From positions 1 to 54,665 of the forward strand of contig CAWBHS010000035.1 of assembly GCA_963788655.1 (NCBI GenBank): 54,665 nt of DNA, read 5' to 3'. The stretch comes from an uncultured Verrucomicrobiae bacterium. GTDB taxonomy: Bacteria > Verrucomicrobiota > Verrucomicrobiia > Limisphaerales > JAFGQR01. The notes beneath the pieces are model-generated. The model did not search any database and was not told the DNA's origin. It saw nothing but the letters and a program-made list of their open reading frames with translations. The first letter of the stretch is position 1; the number at the start of each line of letters is the position of its first letter. Of the stretch, positions 10,291 to 19,999 are shown piece by piece. The position numbers were made by a program, and so were the translations under genes.

Positions 10291-10545
10291 GCCCACGGAC
10301 CAAACCAAAACTGACTATAACCGTCACCGCCCGGACTGTTGGCGGGCAGGCGTGACGGCTCGAGGCCACTCCCGTCAACGAGGAAAGTAACTATGAATGC
10401 ATTGCAACATTGGAGGCTCTCCGCCATGGTCTGGGTAGCTTGTTTGGCCGCCCGCTAGTTCTGCTTGGAGTCCCGCCCGGCTTCCCTGAGCCGGAGACGT
10501 TGGTGGCGGAGGATTGCATTCAGCCGCCGTACTGATGAGACGGAC

Positions 10546-10779
10546 ATGGACGATTCACCCCGACTCTCAAACGCTGGAAACACTGATGCACGAGTCATGG
10601 CAGCCGTTGAACACTACCTTCCAATTTTGACGAACGCCGTCACCGCTGACGAACGTGAGCATCCTCATCGGCGAATCGAAGTGCTGGTGTCTCTGACCAA
10701 ATGGGGATTGACGAGCCTCAAACACTACCTCGAAGACGCACGCGACAGTCAAATTCATCCAGGATGCCCCGTTCGTTGA
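10546..10779 (+). CDS. Small hypothetical protein
   Basis: ORF with ATG; no recognisable motif. Confidence 0.3.
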   Translation: MDDSPRLSNAGNTDARVMAAVEHYLPILTNAVTADEREHPHRRIEVLVSLTKWGLTSLKHYLEDARDSQIHPGCPVR

Positions 10780-10875
10780 TCTGCGCCACGCGGTGGACTG
10801 GAATTGGGCGGCTAAAGGCGATGGCGACATCGCCTCGGGTGGGCACATCTTTGGAAAATTCAGGGCCTCCACCGG

Positions 10876-10922
10876 AGGTAGGGTTATACCCCATAGCCAC
10901 GCGCGAGGCGCAGGCGTAGCGT
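10876..10922 (+). promoter_or_regulatory. Island box copy A3 + 19 nt + TAGCGT
   Basis: Identical 22-mer upstream of ATG 10970. Confidence 0.75.
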
Positions 10923-10969
10923 AATGCGTGCGGTGATGGCAACTATTCCACCATGACGCATCGGTTACT

Positions 10970-11443
10970 ATGAATGAGCACGAAAAACAAACGGCGTTCT
11001 TGCGGCAGTGCCTGGACTACGCTGAAAGCGAGGAACGCCAGGAACTGGAGGAAGGGATCGCCCAGAGCCTGCGGGACGATCGTTGTCTATGCCGGGCGAT
11101 GTGGCTGGTGGCCTTGCTCATGGCGCTGGTGCTGGTTGGCCTGGGCTACGCTGCGGTGTTGCTGGAGGACTTTCTCCGAAAAGTGCCGCCGTTGGTCATC
11201 ACGTTCGTTAGCGCGCTGGGTTTGGCCGCGCTGCTCTCTCTGCTGTTTTTCGCCGGCCTGCGCGTTGGCTATCGCTGCAAGTTGAACGTGCGGCGCGAGA
11301 AATGCCGCCGGTTGGCCCTGAAACTCCTGGAATCGCGCCTGGGCAGTCCTCGCGCCAAACCCTGGCCGGAAGTTGATCAAGCAGTCGAGGCTGTCGAGAA
11401 TCCCTGCGAGGCAATCGCGCCACTCACCGAGAGCGTGCAATAA
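10970..11443 (+). CDS. Hypothetical membrane protein with two TM helices
   Basis: Two hydrophobic segments flanked by charged helices. Confidence 0.65.
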   Translation: MNEHEKQTAFLRQCLDYAESEERQELEEGIAQSLRDDRCLCRAMWLVALLMALVLVGLGYAAVLLEDFLRKVPPLVITFVSALGLAALLSLLFFAGLRVGYRCKLNVRREKCRRLALKLLESRLGSPRAKPWPEVDQAVEAVENPCEAIAPLTESVQ

Positions 11444-11551
11444 GCCGGGCTGCCTGCGGATGAACAACGGCGCTACATACCCATCAGTAATTTCAGCGCT
11501 CCCGCCAAAGCAAACGAATCGCAATAGCAAAACAAAAACCTCGATCACCTT

Positions 11552-12319
11552 ATGATCAAACCATTCTCCTCCCTACTGGCATTTGCCCTCGTGCTCGCCC
11601 CCGGCACCCTGGACGCGGGGTGGCTCGACCTCCTCGGTTTCGGCAAGAAGACAGCGATCAACCAGCCGGCGGGGAACCTCGCCACCGCGCTCTCCCAGGA
11701 CCAAATGGTCAGCGGCCTCAAAGAAGCCCTCGGCAAGGGAGTCGAGCAAGCGGTCGCCTCGCTTGGAAAAGAGAACGGCTTTCTCAAAGACCTCAGCGTC
11801 AAAATTCCCCTGCCGGCCAGTCTGAAGAAGGTGGAAAGCTCCTTGCGGATGCTGCGTCAGGATAAGCTGGCCGATGACTTCGTGACGACCATGAATCGCG
11901 CGGCGGAACAGGCGGTGCCCGCAGCGGCCGCCGTGCTGGGGCAGTCCGTCCAACAGATGACGCTGACAGATACCAAAACCATTCTCACTGGCACCAACAA
12001 TGCCGCCACCGAATATTTCCGGCGGACCAGTGAGACCAATCTCTACGTGCGTTTCCTCCCCATCGTCAAGGCCGCGACCGAAAAGACCGGCGTCACCGCG
12101 GCCTACAAGCGGATGACCGACAAAGCCGGAGGCGGTCTGAGCGGTCTGGGCGGCAGCCTGTTGGGCCAGGATGCGCCGGACCTCGATGCTTACGTGACGC
12201 ACAAGGCGCTCGACGGCCTATTCGTGAAAATCGCCGCCGAAGAGAAACGCATCCGGGAAAATCCGGCGGCCCGCACCACCGACTTGCTCCAAAAGGTGTT
12301 CGGCGCATTGCCAAAATGA
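11552..12319 (+). CDS. DUF4197 domain secreted protein
   Basis: GLKEALGKG..VKIPLP..MNRAAEQA..AATEYFRR..KALDGLF..EEKRIRENP..LLQKVFG. Confidence 0.9.
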   Translation: MIKPFSSLLAFALVLAPGTLDAGWLDLLGFGKKTAINQPAGNLATALSQDQMVSGLKEALGKGVEQAVASLGKENGFLKDLSVKIPLPASLKKVESSLRMLRQDKLADDFVTTMNRAAEQAVPAAAAVLGQSVQQMTLTDTKTILTGTNNAATEYFRRTSETNLYVRFLPIVKAATEKTGVTAAYKRMTDKAGGGLSGLGGSLLGQDAPDLDAYVTHKALDGLFVKIAAEEKRIRENPAARTTDLLQKVFGALPK

Positions 12320-12364
12320 TAGGCCGAATAAAGATCATTTAAAGGAACCCTTGGTCCGAAGCTC

Positions 12365-13279
12365 ATGAACTGGTCGCCGCTGAACCTCACTGTCCGTGTC
12401 GGCTGCCACCTGGCCTACCAAACCACCGTCCCCACGCCGGTGCTGTTTGTGCTCAAACCCCGGCTCGAAGGCCAGGTGCTGGTGATGCAGGAGAAGCTCT
12501 CGTTTGGCATTGGGCAGCCTGCGTATGAATTTCAGGACTCGCATGGCAACATCACCTATCGCTCGATGTTGATGCCGGGGGGCAACGACATTCGGCATGA
12601 TGCGCTGGTCGCCGTTTCGGCTCAGCCCGACAACCGGGAAGTGCTGGGACCGATTCAGCCCGTGGCCCAACTCCCTTCCGACCTGTTGCGCTACACGTTA
12701 CCCAGCCGCTATTGCGATTCGGATAAGCTGATGAATTTCGCCTGGGAACAATTCGGGCAGATCCCTCACGGCCTGCCGCGCGTGCAAGCCATCTGCGATT
12801 GGGTCCACAAGAATATCGAATACCGCTACCTGTCCGGCCGGGCGGACCTCTCCGCCTCCGAAGTCATCGAACGGCGCTTCGGGGTTTGCCGCGACTTCGC
12901 CCATGCGGCCATTGCGCTGTGTCGCGCCTTCAATCTACCCGCCCGCTACGTCACCGGACACCTGCCGGACATCGGCTGCGCCGACGCGGGGACGCCGATG
13001 GATTTTCATGCCTACTGCGAAGTCTATCTCGGCCAGGACTGGCTGACTTTCGATCCGCGTTTCAACGTTCCGCGCATTGGCCGGGTGAAGGTCGCGCACG
13101 GCGCGGACGCGGTGGATGGCGCGTTTGCGACGATCTATGGCGAGGCCAAGCTGACCACGTTTGAAGTGTGGGCGTATCAGGTGAATCCGCTGGAAGTTTC
13201 CGTGGGCGATCCCATTGATTTATCCCAACGCCTGGATGGCCAGACGACGGTGCGACTCTCTGCGTCAGGACCACCATGA
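12365..13279 (+). CDS. Transglutaminase-like family protein
   Basis: LPSRYCDSD, GVCRDFAH (Cys), DFHAYCEVY (His), TFDPR (Asp). Confidence 0.9.
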   Translation: MNWSPLNLTVRVGCHLAYQTTVPTPVLFVLKPRLEGQVLVMQEKLSFGIGQPAYEFQDSHGNITYRSMLMPGGNDIRHDALVAVSAQPDNREVLGPIQPVAQLPSDLLRYTLPSRYCDSDKLMNFAWEQFGQIPHGLPRVQAICDWVHKNIEYRYLSGRADLSASEVIERRFGVCRDFAHAAIALCRAFNLPARYVTGHLPDIGCADAGTPMDFHAYCEVYLGQDWLTFDPRFNVPRIGRVKVAHGADAVDGAFATIYGEAKLTTFEVWAYQVNPLEVSVGDPIDLSQRLDGQTTVRLSASGPP

Positions 13280-13345
13280 CGATGGCTGCGGTGGGTGCGG
13301 ACTGATTGATGCCGCTCAGACCATGGTCCCCTTATTGAAATCACG

Positions 13346-13922
13346 ATGCGCACCCTGCTCAACAACGGCTGGGATCAGCTTGCCCGCCAGCAAGCGGCGA
13401 AGCACTTCAAGCTGGAATGGACGAAGAGGGAGGAGCGGCATCCATTGAACTTCGACATTCGCGAAGGGAAAGCTCACGCTGAAAGAGTATTGGGATCGGG
13501 TGGTCTTTCGCAAACAGCGATGGTTCACCCGGGCTCAGTTTCGGAAATTAGTGTTCGCGCAAACGAAGACCTTTCTTGAGCTATTCGAGCTGGTCCTCAA
13601 ACTCAAGGCAAAGTATGGATTGAAGCTCGCCGTGGTCAGCAACGAAGCGCGCGAACTGAATGCGTATCGGATTCGGCAGTTCAAGCTGGACGGGTTGGTG
13701 GATGCGTTAATTTCCTCGGACTTGGTCGGCCTCCGCAAGCCCGACGCGGACATCTGTCGGCTGGCGCCGGACATCGCCCAAACGCCAGCCGCGCCGGTTG
13801 TCGATATCGAAAACACGCCCCTTGTTCGCCCAGATCGCGGAAGGATTTGGGATTGGCAGCATTCAACATCCGGGTTACAAATCCCCATGCGCGCAACTGG
13901 CTTTGCTCGGATTGAAGTATGA
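13346..13922 (+). pseudogene. Degraded HAD-family phosphatase
   Basis: LLNNGWD.., VVSNEARELN..RKPDADI..IENTP across frames; the N-terminal DxD/DxG motif I is missing. Confidence 0.65.
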
Positions 13923-13980
13923 CGAAGGATCAGCCATGAACCCCGCTAACGCTCGCGGCTCATGACGCGGAAGGGAATTT

Positions 13981-15446
13981 GTGAGTAAACAGGCGACCGA
14001 GCTCAGATATGCCGTCCGCTTTCGGGTGGTTTTGAAGTATTTCGGCCAACTGTGCCTCGTGCTCGCCGCGCTGACGCTGGTGCCGTTGGTGATGTCGGTG
14101 ATCTTTGGCGACACGCGCATCAGCCTGCGCTATGGGATGGTGATCGGCGGACTCGTGGCCTTGGGAGGTGGCCTGGCACGGCTGCGGACGCCGACCCGTG
14201 TGCAGGCGAATGAAGGGATGGTGTTGGTGGCGCTGATGTTTCTCTTCACGCCGCTCGTGATGGCCTATCCGATGATGGGCTTCGGGTTGAGTTTTCTGGA
14301 TGCCTTTTTTGAAGCCGTCTCGGGAGTGACGACGACCGGTCTGAGCACGCTGGCAACGCTGGACGGTGCGCCGTCCGCGTTTCTCTTCAGCCGCGCCTGG
14401 ATGCAATGGTATGGGGGACTGGGCATTGTCGTGCTGTCGCTGGCGTTGGTGATGCAGCCGGGACTGCTGGCGAAAGGCCTCGCCGTGAACGAGGTCGAAG
14501 CGGACGATTTGGTCGGGGGCACAAAAGCCCACACGCGGCGCGTCCTCAAGGTGTACGGGGCGCTGACCGTCATCGGCATCGTCGGTTCGTTGTTGGCGGG
14601 ACTGGGACTGTTCGATGCGGTCCTCTACACATTTGCGGCGGTCTCGACGGGCGGCTTTGCGCCGCATGACGGCAGCCTGGCGACGTTCGGTTGGCCCGCG
14701 CAGGCGTGGATCACACTGCTCTGTCTCGCGGGGGCGATCCCGCTGACGCTGTATCACCGAATCATTCTGGCAGAAACGGCGGGTGGCGGTGGACGTGTTC
14801 CAACTGTTGGCGGTGGTGGCTGGCCGTGGTGGTCGTCACGCTTTTGCTGGTGGCCAGCATGCGGGTGCGGGGCGGACTGTCGTGGGCCCAAGCTCTTCAT
14901 CAGGCACCGCTGCTGGCCGTTTCCGCGCAGAGCACCGCCGGTTTTTCCTCGATGCCGTGCTCGCAACTGGATCCCGACTCGAAGCTGGCGGTGATTTTCT
15001 CGATGATCGTGGGCGGCGGGGTCGGCTCCACCGCCGGGGGATTCAAGCTGCTGCGGCTCCTGATTGCGGTCAGTGTGTTTCGGTTGCTCATCGTGCGCAC
15101 GTGCCTGCCGCGGCACGCCGTGATCGAACCGCGGCTGGCGGGACGCCGTTTGCAGGGCGACGAGATTCAAGCCGCGCTGCTGCTCATTTTCCTGTATGGG
15201 GTGGTCGTCGCGGTGTCCTGGCTGCAGTTTGTCGCGACGGGATACCATCCGCTGGATTCGTTGTTTGAAGTGGTTTCGGCAACGGGAACGGTCGGGCTTT
15301 CGGTGGGAATCACGAGCGCCGATTTGCCGGCCCAGCTCAAGGGGGTGTTGTGCGCGGATATGCTGATGGGACGACTGGAAATCATCGCCTGGTTGGTGAT
15401 GCTGTTCCCCGGAACGTGGTTTGGCAAAAGAATGGAGATAACATGA
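13981..15446 (+). CDS. trkH: TrkH potassium uptake membrane subunit (frameshift near 14770)
   Basis: FEAVSGVTTTG, STGGF, STAGF, GSTAGGFK, FEVVSATGTVGLS, MLMGRLE. Confidence 0.9.
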
Positions 15447-16144
15447 GAACTGTGTTTATTGGAGCCGGCGAAGTCAGCGTGGAAACCGCCAGGGCGCTCG
15501 TCAAAAAGGGCCACGACGTCATCATCATCGAGACCGACAAGGCCAAGATTGATGAATTGTCTGATGAGATGGACTGCAGCTTTCTGCACGGCGATGGCAG
15601 CCGGCCCGACATCCTGCGCGAGGTGAATCCCGAACAGACTGACATCCTGTTTTGCCTGACGGATAGCGACCAGGCCAACGTCATTGCCAGCCTCCTGGGC
15701 CGGTCGCTCGGCTTCAAGCGCGTCGTGACGAGCATTCGCGATGAGCAATTCGAGGGCATCTGCCGCGAGTTGGGGCTGGAGGATACGATCATCCCGTCCC
15801 GCACGATCAGCCGCTACCTGCAGGACATGGTCGCCGGCAGCAAACACGTCGAGTTGTCCACGGTTCTCAAACACGAGGCCCGGTTTTTCACGTTCACCGC
15901 CAGGGAGGAAGATGCCGTTGCCGTCAAAGAGCTAAAGCTGCCGGCGGAGGCTCGCGTTGTTTGCTATTATCGGGAAGACAAATTCGCCCACGCCGATGAG
16001 GAGACCAAGTTGCGCACCGGGGACGAGATCGTGATCCTGACCCACAGCAAGAACCTGGGCGAATTGGAAAAGCGTTGGCAGCCAAAGCAAAGGGAGGAGA
16101 AGCCGGCGGATTCGGCCTCGGCCAAAAAGGGTAACCGGAAGTAA
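15443..16144 (+). CDS. trkA: TrkA-family RCK regulatory subunit
   Basis: FIGAGEV Rossmann motif, HGDGS and a TrkA-C domain; ATGA overlap with trkH. Confidence 0.9.
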   Translation: MRTVFIGAGEVSVETARALVKKGHDVIIIETDKAKIDELSDEMDCSFLHGDGSRPDILREVNPEQTDILFCLTDSDQANVIASLLGRSLGFKRVVTSIRDEQFEGICRELGLEDTIIPSRTISRYLQDMVAGSKHVELSTVLKHEARFFTFTAREEDAVAVKELKLPAEARVVCYYREDKFAHADEETKLRTGDEIVILTHSKNLGELEKRWQPKQREEKPADSASAKKGNRK

Positions 16145-16153
16145 GCGGCTATC

Positions 16154-16845
16154 ATGCAGGTAGAGACAATTTTTATCGTACTCTTTGTGGTGGCCGCAGG
16201 CGTGAAGAGGAGGCCAGGCACGTGAGCAAAGCCGGCGCGGGCAAACTGGGCGTTTGGGCGGTGGTGGCCAACGGCGTGGGCGGGATTTTTGCGGTGCTGG
16301 GGCTGGCGGTGCAACTGGCGCACGGCGGCACGCCCGTGGCCTTTGCCATCGCGGGCGCCGTGGCCCTGCTGACGGCGTATTCGTCCGCAAAACTTTCCGT
16401 CACTTATCCGAGTCGCGGTGGAACGGTGACCTTCCTTGATCGCGCGTTCGGCGCCGGCCTGTTCACCGACAGCCTGAACGTGTTGTTGTGGCTAAGTTAC
16501 GTGGTGATGCTGTCGCTGTATGCCCTCGCGTTCGGCAGTTATGGCGCGACGGTTTTGCCAGAGTCGTGGCACGCGACCGGCAAACATGTGCTGGTCCTCA
16601 GCGTGACCGGCGGCTCCTTCTGGCAACGGTTGATGCTGCTGAACCTGTTCCTGGTCGCCTTCAATCTCCTGCCGGCCTTTCCGATGGATGGCGGTCGCGT
16701 CTCTCTCGCGCTATTGGCCATGCGCCTGGGCCGGCGCCGCGCCACGGCCATCGCCGCCAATGTGGGTCAGGGCATGGCCATCCTGTTCGGCATCGTCGGG
16801 TTCTTCTACAATCCGTTCCTCATTTATGAAAGACAAAGTCTATAA
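16154..16845 (+). pseudogene. Deletion chimera: 23-aa hydrophobic stub + APC amino-acid permease N-terminus fused in frame to an M50 peptidase fragment
   Basis: GVGGIFAVLG..AYSSAKLS..YPSRGG (APC) is joined to NLFLVAFNLLPAFPMDGGRV (M50); no HExxH motif. Confidence 0.7.
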
Positions 16846-17032
16846 ACTCATCGAACTCACCGGCACCTCGACCAAAAGCATCGAGGAGGCCGTGAACACC
16901 GCGCTCAAACGCGCCGGCAAAACCATTGAGAACCTAAGCTGGTTCCAGATTGTCGAAACCCGTGGGAGCATCGAGAAGAACCAGGTCAAACACTGGCAGG
17001 TCACCCTCAAAGTCGGTTTCGCGGTCGCGTAA
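16826..17032 (+). CDS. Dodecin (flavin-binding)
   Basis: MKDKVYKLIELTGTS..SIEEAV..LSWFQIVETRG..WQVTLKVGF. Confidence 0.92.
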   Translation: MKDKVYKLIELTGTSTKSIEEAVNTALKRAGKTIENLSWFQIVETRGSIEKNQVKHWQVTLKVGFAVA

Positions 17033-17129
17033 TTTCTGGCCGCGCCACCGGTGGAAACGGCTCGTGTAGTTGCCGTCCTGGTCAATCTGCCATCTGCGAT
17101 CTTCTATTTGAAATCCAGCGAAGCGTGGA

Positions 17130-17590
17130 GCCAGCCCGCTTGGCGCAAACTTCGCCCAGCGCCTCGACGAAGCCCTGGCGACCTGCGTCATCCAGGAGAT
17201 CAACTCGCGCCGGTCACCGCGATTCATGCCGTGATTCATCCCATGAGATGATTGGGCACACGGACGTTGAGGTGATAACGGCGGCTGGCGCGGGTGCCCG
17301 TCCCCGGCGCTCCGCGATCCAATCCAAGGTCTGCACCGTCTCCCGCCACAGCCGCGCCGAGATTTGCAGCTTCGCCGCAGCCACACGGACGGCTTCGTCC
17401 GCGGCTGCAAATACGTCGGGTAACTGCTCCATGCGTATTCGCTCGGCGGCTGTTCGTCGGCCAACAGTCTGGCTCCGACCGGATGAAAGCGCTGCCGATC
17501 CGCATCCCTGAAGACAGGTTCGCGACAGTCGCCCCGATTCATGAGGTGGTAGAGCGCGCCGGGATATTGAACTCTGAGCCTGTGGGCCTT
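17130..17590 (-). mobile_element. Two internally deleted remnants of a Y1 (RAYT/IS200-like) transposase
   Basis: RVQYPGALYHLMNRGDCREPVF.., YAWSSYPTY, ARLWRETVQTLDWIA, and a second MNRGDRRELI start. Confidence 0.7.
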
Positions 17591-17680
17591 GGGGAAGATG
17601 TACCCGAGCCGGCTGAAGGCATTACCAATAGCCGGGACTGTCGCATTATTGGAATCGACTGACCTCCAACCACTTCAAGC

Positions 17681-17755
17681 TGGAGCCAGTTGTCGGGATC
17701 GAACCGACGACCGACGGTTTACAAAACCGTTGCTCTACCGCTGAGCTAAACTGGC
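17681..17755 (-). tRNA. tRNA-Thr(TGT)
   Basis: Reverse complement GCCAGTTTAGCTCAGCGGTAGAGCAACGGTTTTGTAAACCGTCGGTCGTCGGTTCGATCCCGACAACTGGCTCCA forms a cloverleaf with GTTCGA T-loop and encoded CCA. Confidence 0.97.
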
Positions 17756-18006
17756 TGTCAACGACTTATGAAGCCTGTTGCATCCCTTTGTTGCATCCCT
17801 TTGGCTTAAATCGCGCTATGGCAGCGCGTCCGCCGGAAAACGGGCGCTGCTTGACCGAACCGCTCTGGGGTTTCGGTTTTCCTGCTACGAATGCAACAAT
17901 CGGCACGGCGGAAAGCAAGCCTGCTCTCCCCAAGTTCGTCAAGACGAACATTCCCAATTTGATCAAACTGAGCGAGCATCTGGCATCCGGCTTCCAACTT
18001 CCCCGC

Positions 18007-19605
18007 TCACATCCCTCCCGCGAACGGCAGCAATTTAGAAAACACCAAACACGTTAACAAACCGACCACCGAATTGACCGTCACCACCACCGTCCAACTT
18101 TTCAAAGTTTCCTTTTCCGTAAATCCGCTCAGGCGCCCTACGACCCAGAAACCGCTGTCGTTCATCCAGGACAACGTCATGGCGCCAAAGCCGATGGCCA
18201 TGTAAATGTAAATCGGGTGATACGGCAGCGGGCCCGCGGTCATGATCGGATAGACCATCGCCGCGGTCGTCAACATGGCTACGGTGGCGGAGCCTTGGGC
18301 GACCCGGATTACCGTGGCGACCAACCAGGCCAGCAGGATCAGATTGAACGCTTTGCCCGCCACCAGTTCCTTGATGGTGTCGCCTACGCCCGCATTGCGG
18401 AGCATCAATCCAAAGGCGCCGCCCGCGCTGGTGATCAGGATAATGACTCCGGCGGTTTCGAAGGCGGGTCCAATCAAGCGTGCGGCTCCCGCCAAATCGA
18501 GGCGGCGCTGCCGCATGAGAATTGCCAGGGCCACCACGGTGCCGATGATCAGCGCCATGTTGCGGTTGCCGACGAAGGCCACCGTCTGGCTGAAACCGGG
18601 CGAACCCGCCTTCAAGCCCGGCAGGGCTTCAAACGTGGAAGCCAACGCAATCAGGAACAGCGGCAGAATGACCGGCACCACCGACCAGAAGAACGATGGC
18701 AACTCCGATTCCGGCTTGTCCACAATCTGCCGAAGATCCTGCATCGATGCCCCGGACGTTTCGCGTATGGGAATGGTGGTCCGCCGGTTGAGCCACTTGG
18801 CGGTCAACCACGAGGCGGCCACGGGAAAGATGCCCACCAACACGCCCGCAATCAGCGTCAAGCCGGCGTCCAGCTTGAGGATTTCTCCCATGGCCAGCGG
18901 CCCCGGATGCGGCACGCACAGCGAGTGGGTGACTGTGCCGGCACAGCAGATTGCCATCACGTAGAGCAAATAGTCCTTGCCAGTGCGCACCGCCATCGCC
19001 CGCGCCAGCGGCAGGAGCAGCATGAAGAACGTGTCAAAAAAGATGGGGATCGAGATGAAATACCCGCTGGTGACCAAGGCCACACCGGCGCGTTTCTCGC
19101 CAAAGAACGCGAGGAACCGGCGCACAATCTTGTCCGCGGCACCGCTTTCCATCAGGCACATGCCAATGATGGACGCCAGGGCGATCACCACCCCGACCTT
19201 GCCCGCGGTGTTGCCCAGTTCTGCCGCGGTCAATTCCACCGCTTGTATGTAATGCGAGTGGGTCGTTTGTCCCGGCAAAGTAATTTGCAGGTTGGAGGAT
19301 TGAATCCCGCCGGGCGGCGTCGCGGGTTGCGCCTCTTCCACCACCAAGGCGCCGTGGGCATTGGTGAAGACGGCCATGGTGTTGGTGGTGATCACGTTCG
19401 TCTTAACCCGTTCGCCGGGCAACTGTCCCAGCGGGGTAAGCAAGCCCGCCGTGATGGCCGCGAGCACCAAGGCCAGAAAGGCGTGTACGCGCAGCACGGT
19501 GATCAGCACGATGATCAGCGCCACACAGATTCCCAGGATGGCAAAAGGCCAAAGATTGGCCGAAGAGCCGGCCGCCGCGGCAAAGAAGAGCATGTCGGGT
19601 AACAT
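18007..19605 (-). CDS. GntP family sugar-acid:H+ symporter
   Basis: LRVHAFLAL, ESGAADKI, IPIFFD, PHPGP, AQGSATVA, SWMNDSGFW. Confidence 0.92.
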   Translation of the reverse strand: MLPDMLFFAAAAGSSANLWPFAILGICVALIIVLITVLRVHAFLALVLAAITAGLLTPLGQLPGERVKTNVITTNTMAVFTNAHGALVVEEAQPATPPGGIQSSNLQITLPGQTTHSHYIQAVELTAAELGNTAGKVGVVIALASIIGMCLMESGAADKIVRRFLAFFGEKRAGVALVTSGYFISIPIFFDTFFMLLLPLARAMAVRTGKDYLLYVMAICCAGTVTHSLCVPHPGPLAMGEILKLDAGLTLIAGVLVGIFPVAASWLTAKWLNRRTTIPIRETSGASMQDLRQIVDKPESELPSFFWSVVPVILPLFLIALASTFEALPGLKAGSPGFSQTVAFVGNRNMALIIGTVVALAILMRQRRLDLAGAARLIGPAFETAGVIILITSAGGAFGLMLRNAGVGDTIKELVAGKAFNLILLAWLVATVIRVAQGSATVAMLTTAAMVYPIMTAGPLPYHPIYIYMAIGFGAMTLSWMNDSGFWVVGRLSGFTEKETLKSWTVVVTVNSVVGLLTCLVFSKLLPFAGGM

Positions 19606-19999
19606 CGGGCTCTAGTGCAACCTGAAATTCGCGCTGGGTCAAGACTGGGCAATGACGCCGGACTGGCGCATGATCGACGTTGAAGCCCCAATGACCCAGC
19701 CGCCGGCGGTCCGAACTCGATTTGCGGCTCGGGCTTGGGGCTGGGTCGTTTCAATGAACTCGACCCGCCAACCATGGCCGCCATGTTGCCAAATGAATTG
19801 AACGCTGGAACACCATTTCGGCTGCGAACACTTCTCGGATCGAAGCCGAGCCCGCCGACATCAGACTGAACCACTCAATGCATTGCGCACTGCGGTACCT
19901 CGACACATTTGCTTGCTTTCGGTGCAGTGGCGAATTATTTACCAAAATGTTGCGTGCGGGTTTGGACGTTTGACCTTACCGCTAAATCAGATCATCAGT

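Noticed and set aside
1612..10922. Repeated boxes as a CRISPR array
   Set aside because: Copies are 0.2-4.6 kb apart, mostly with whole genes between them; there are no spacer-sized intervals and no cas genes.
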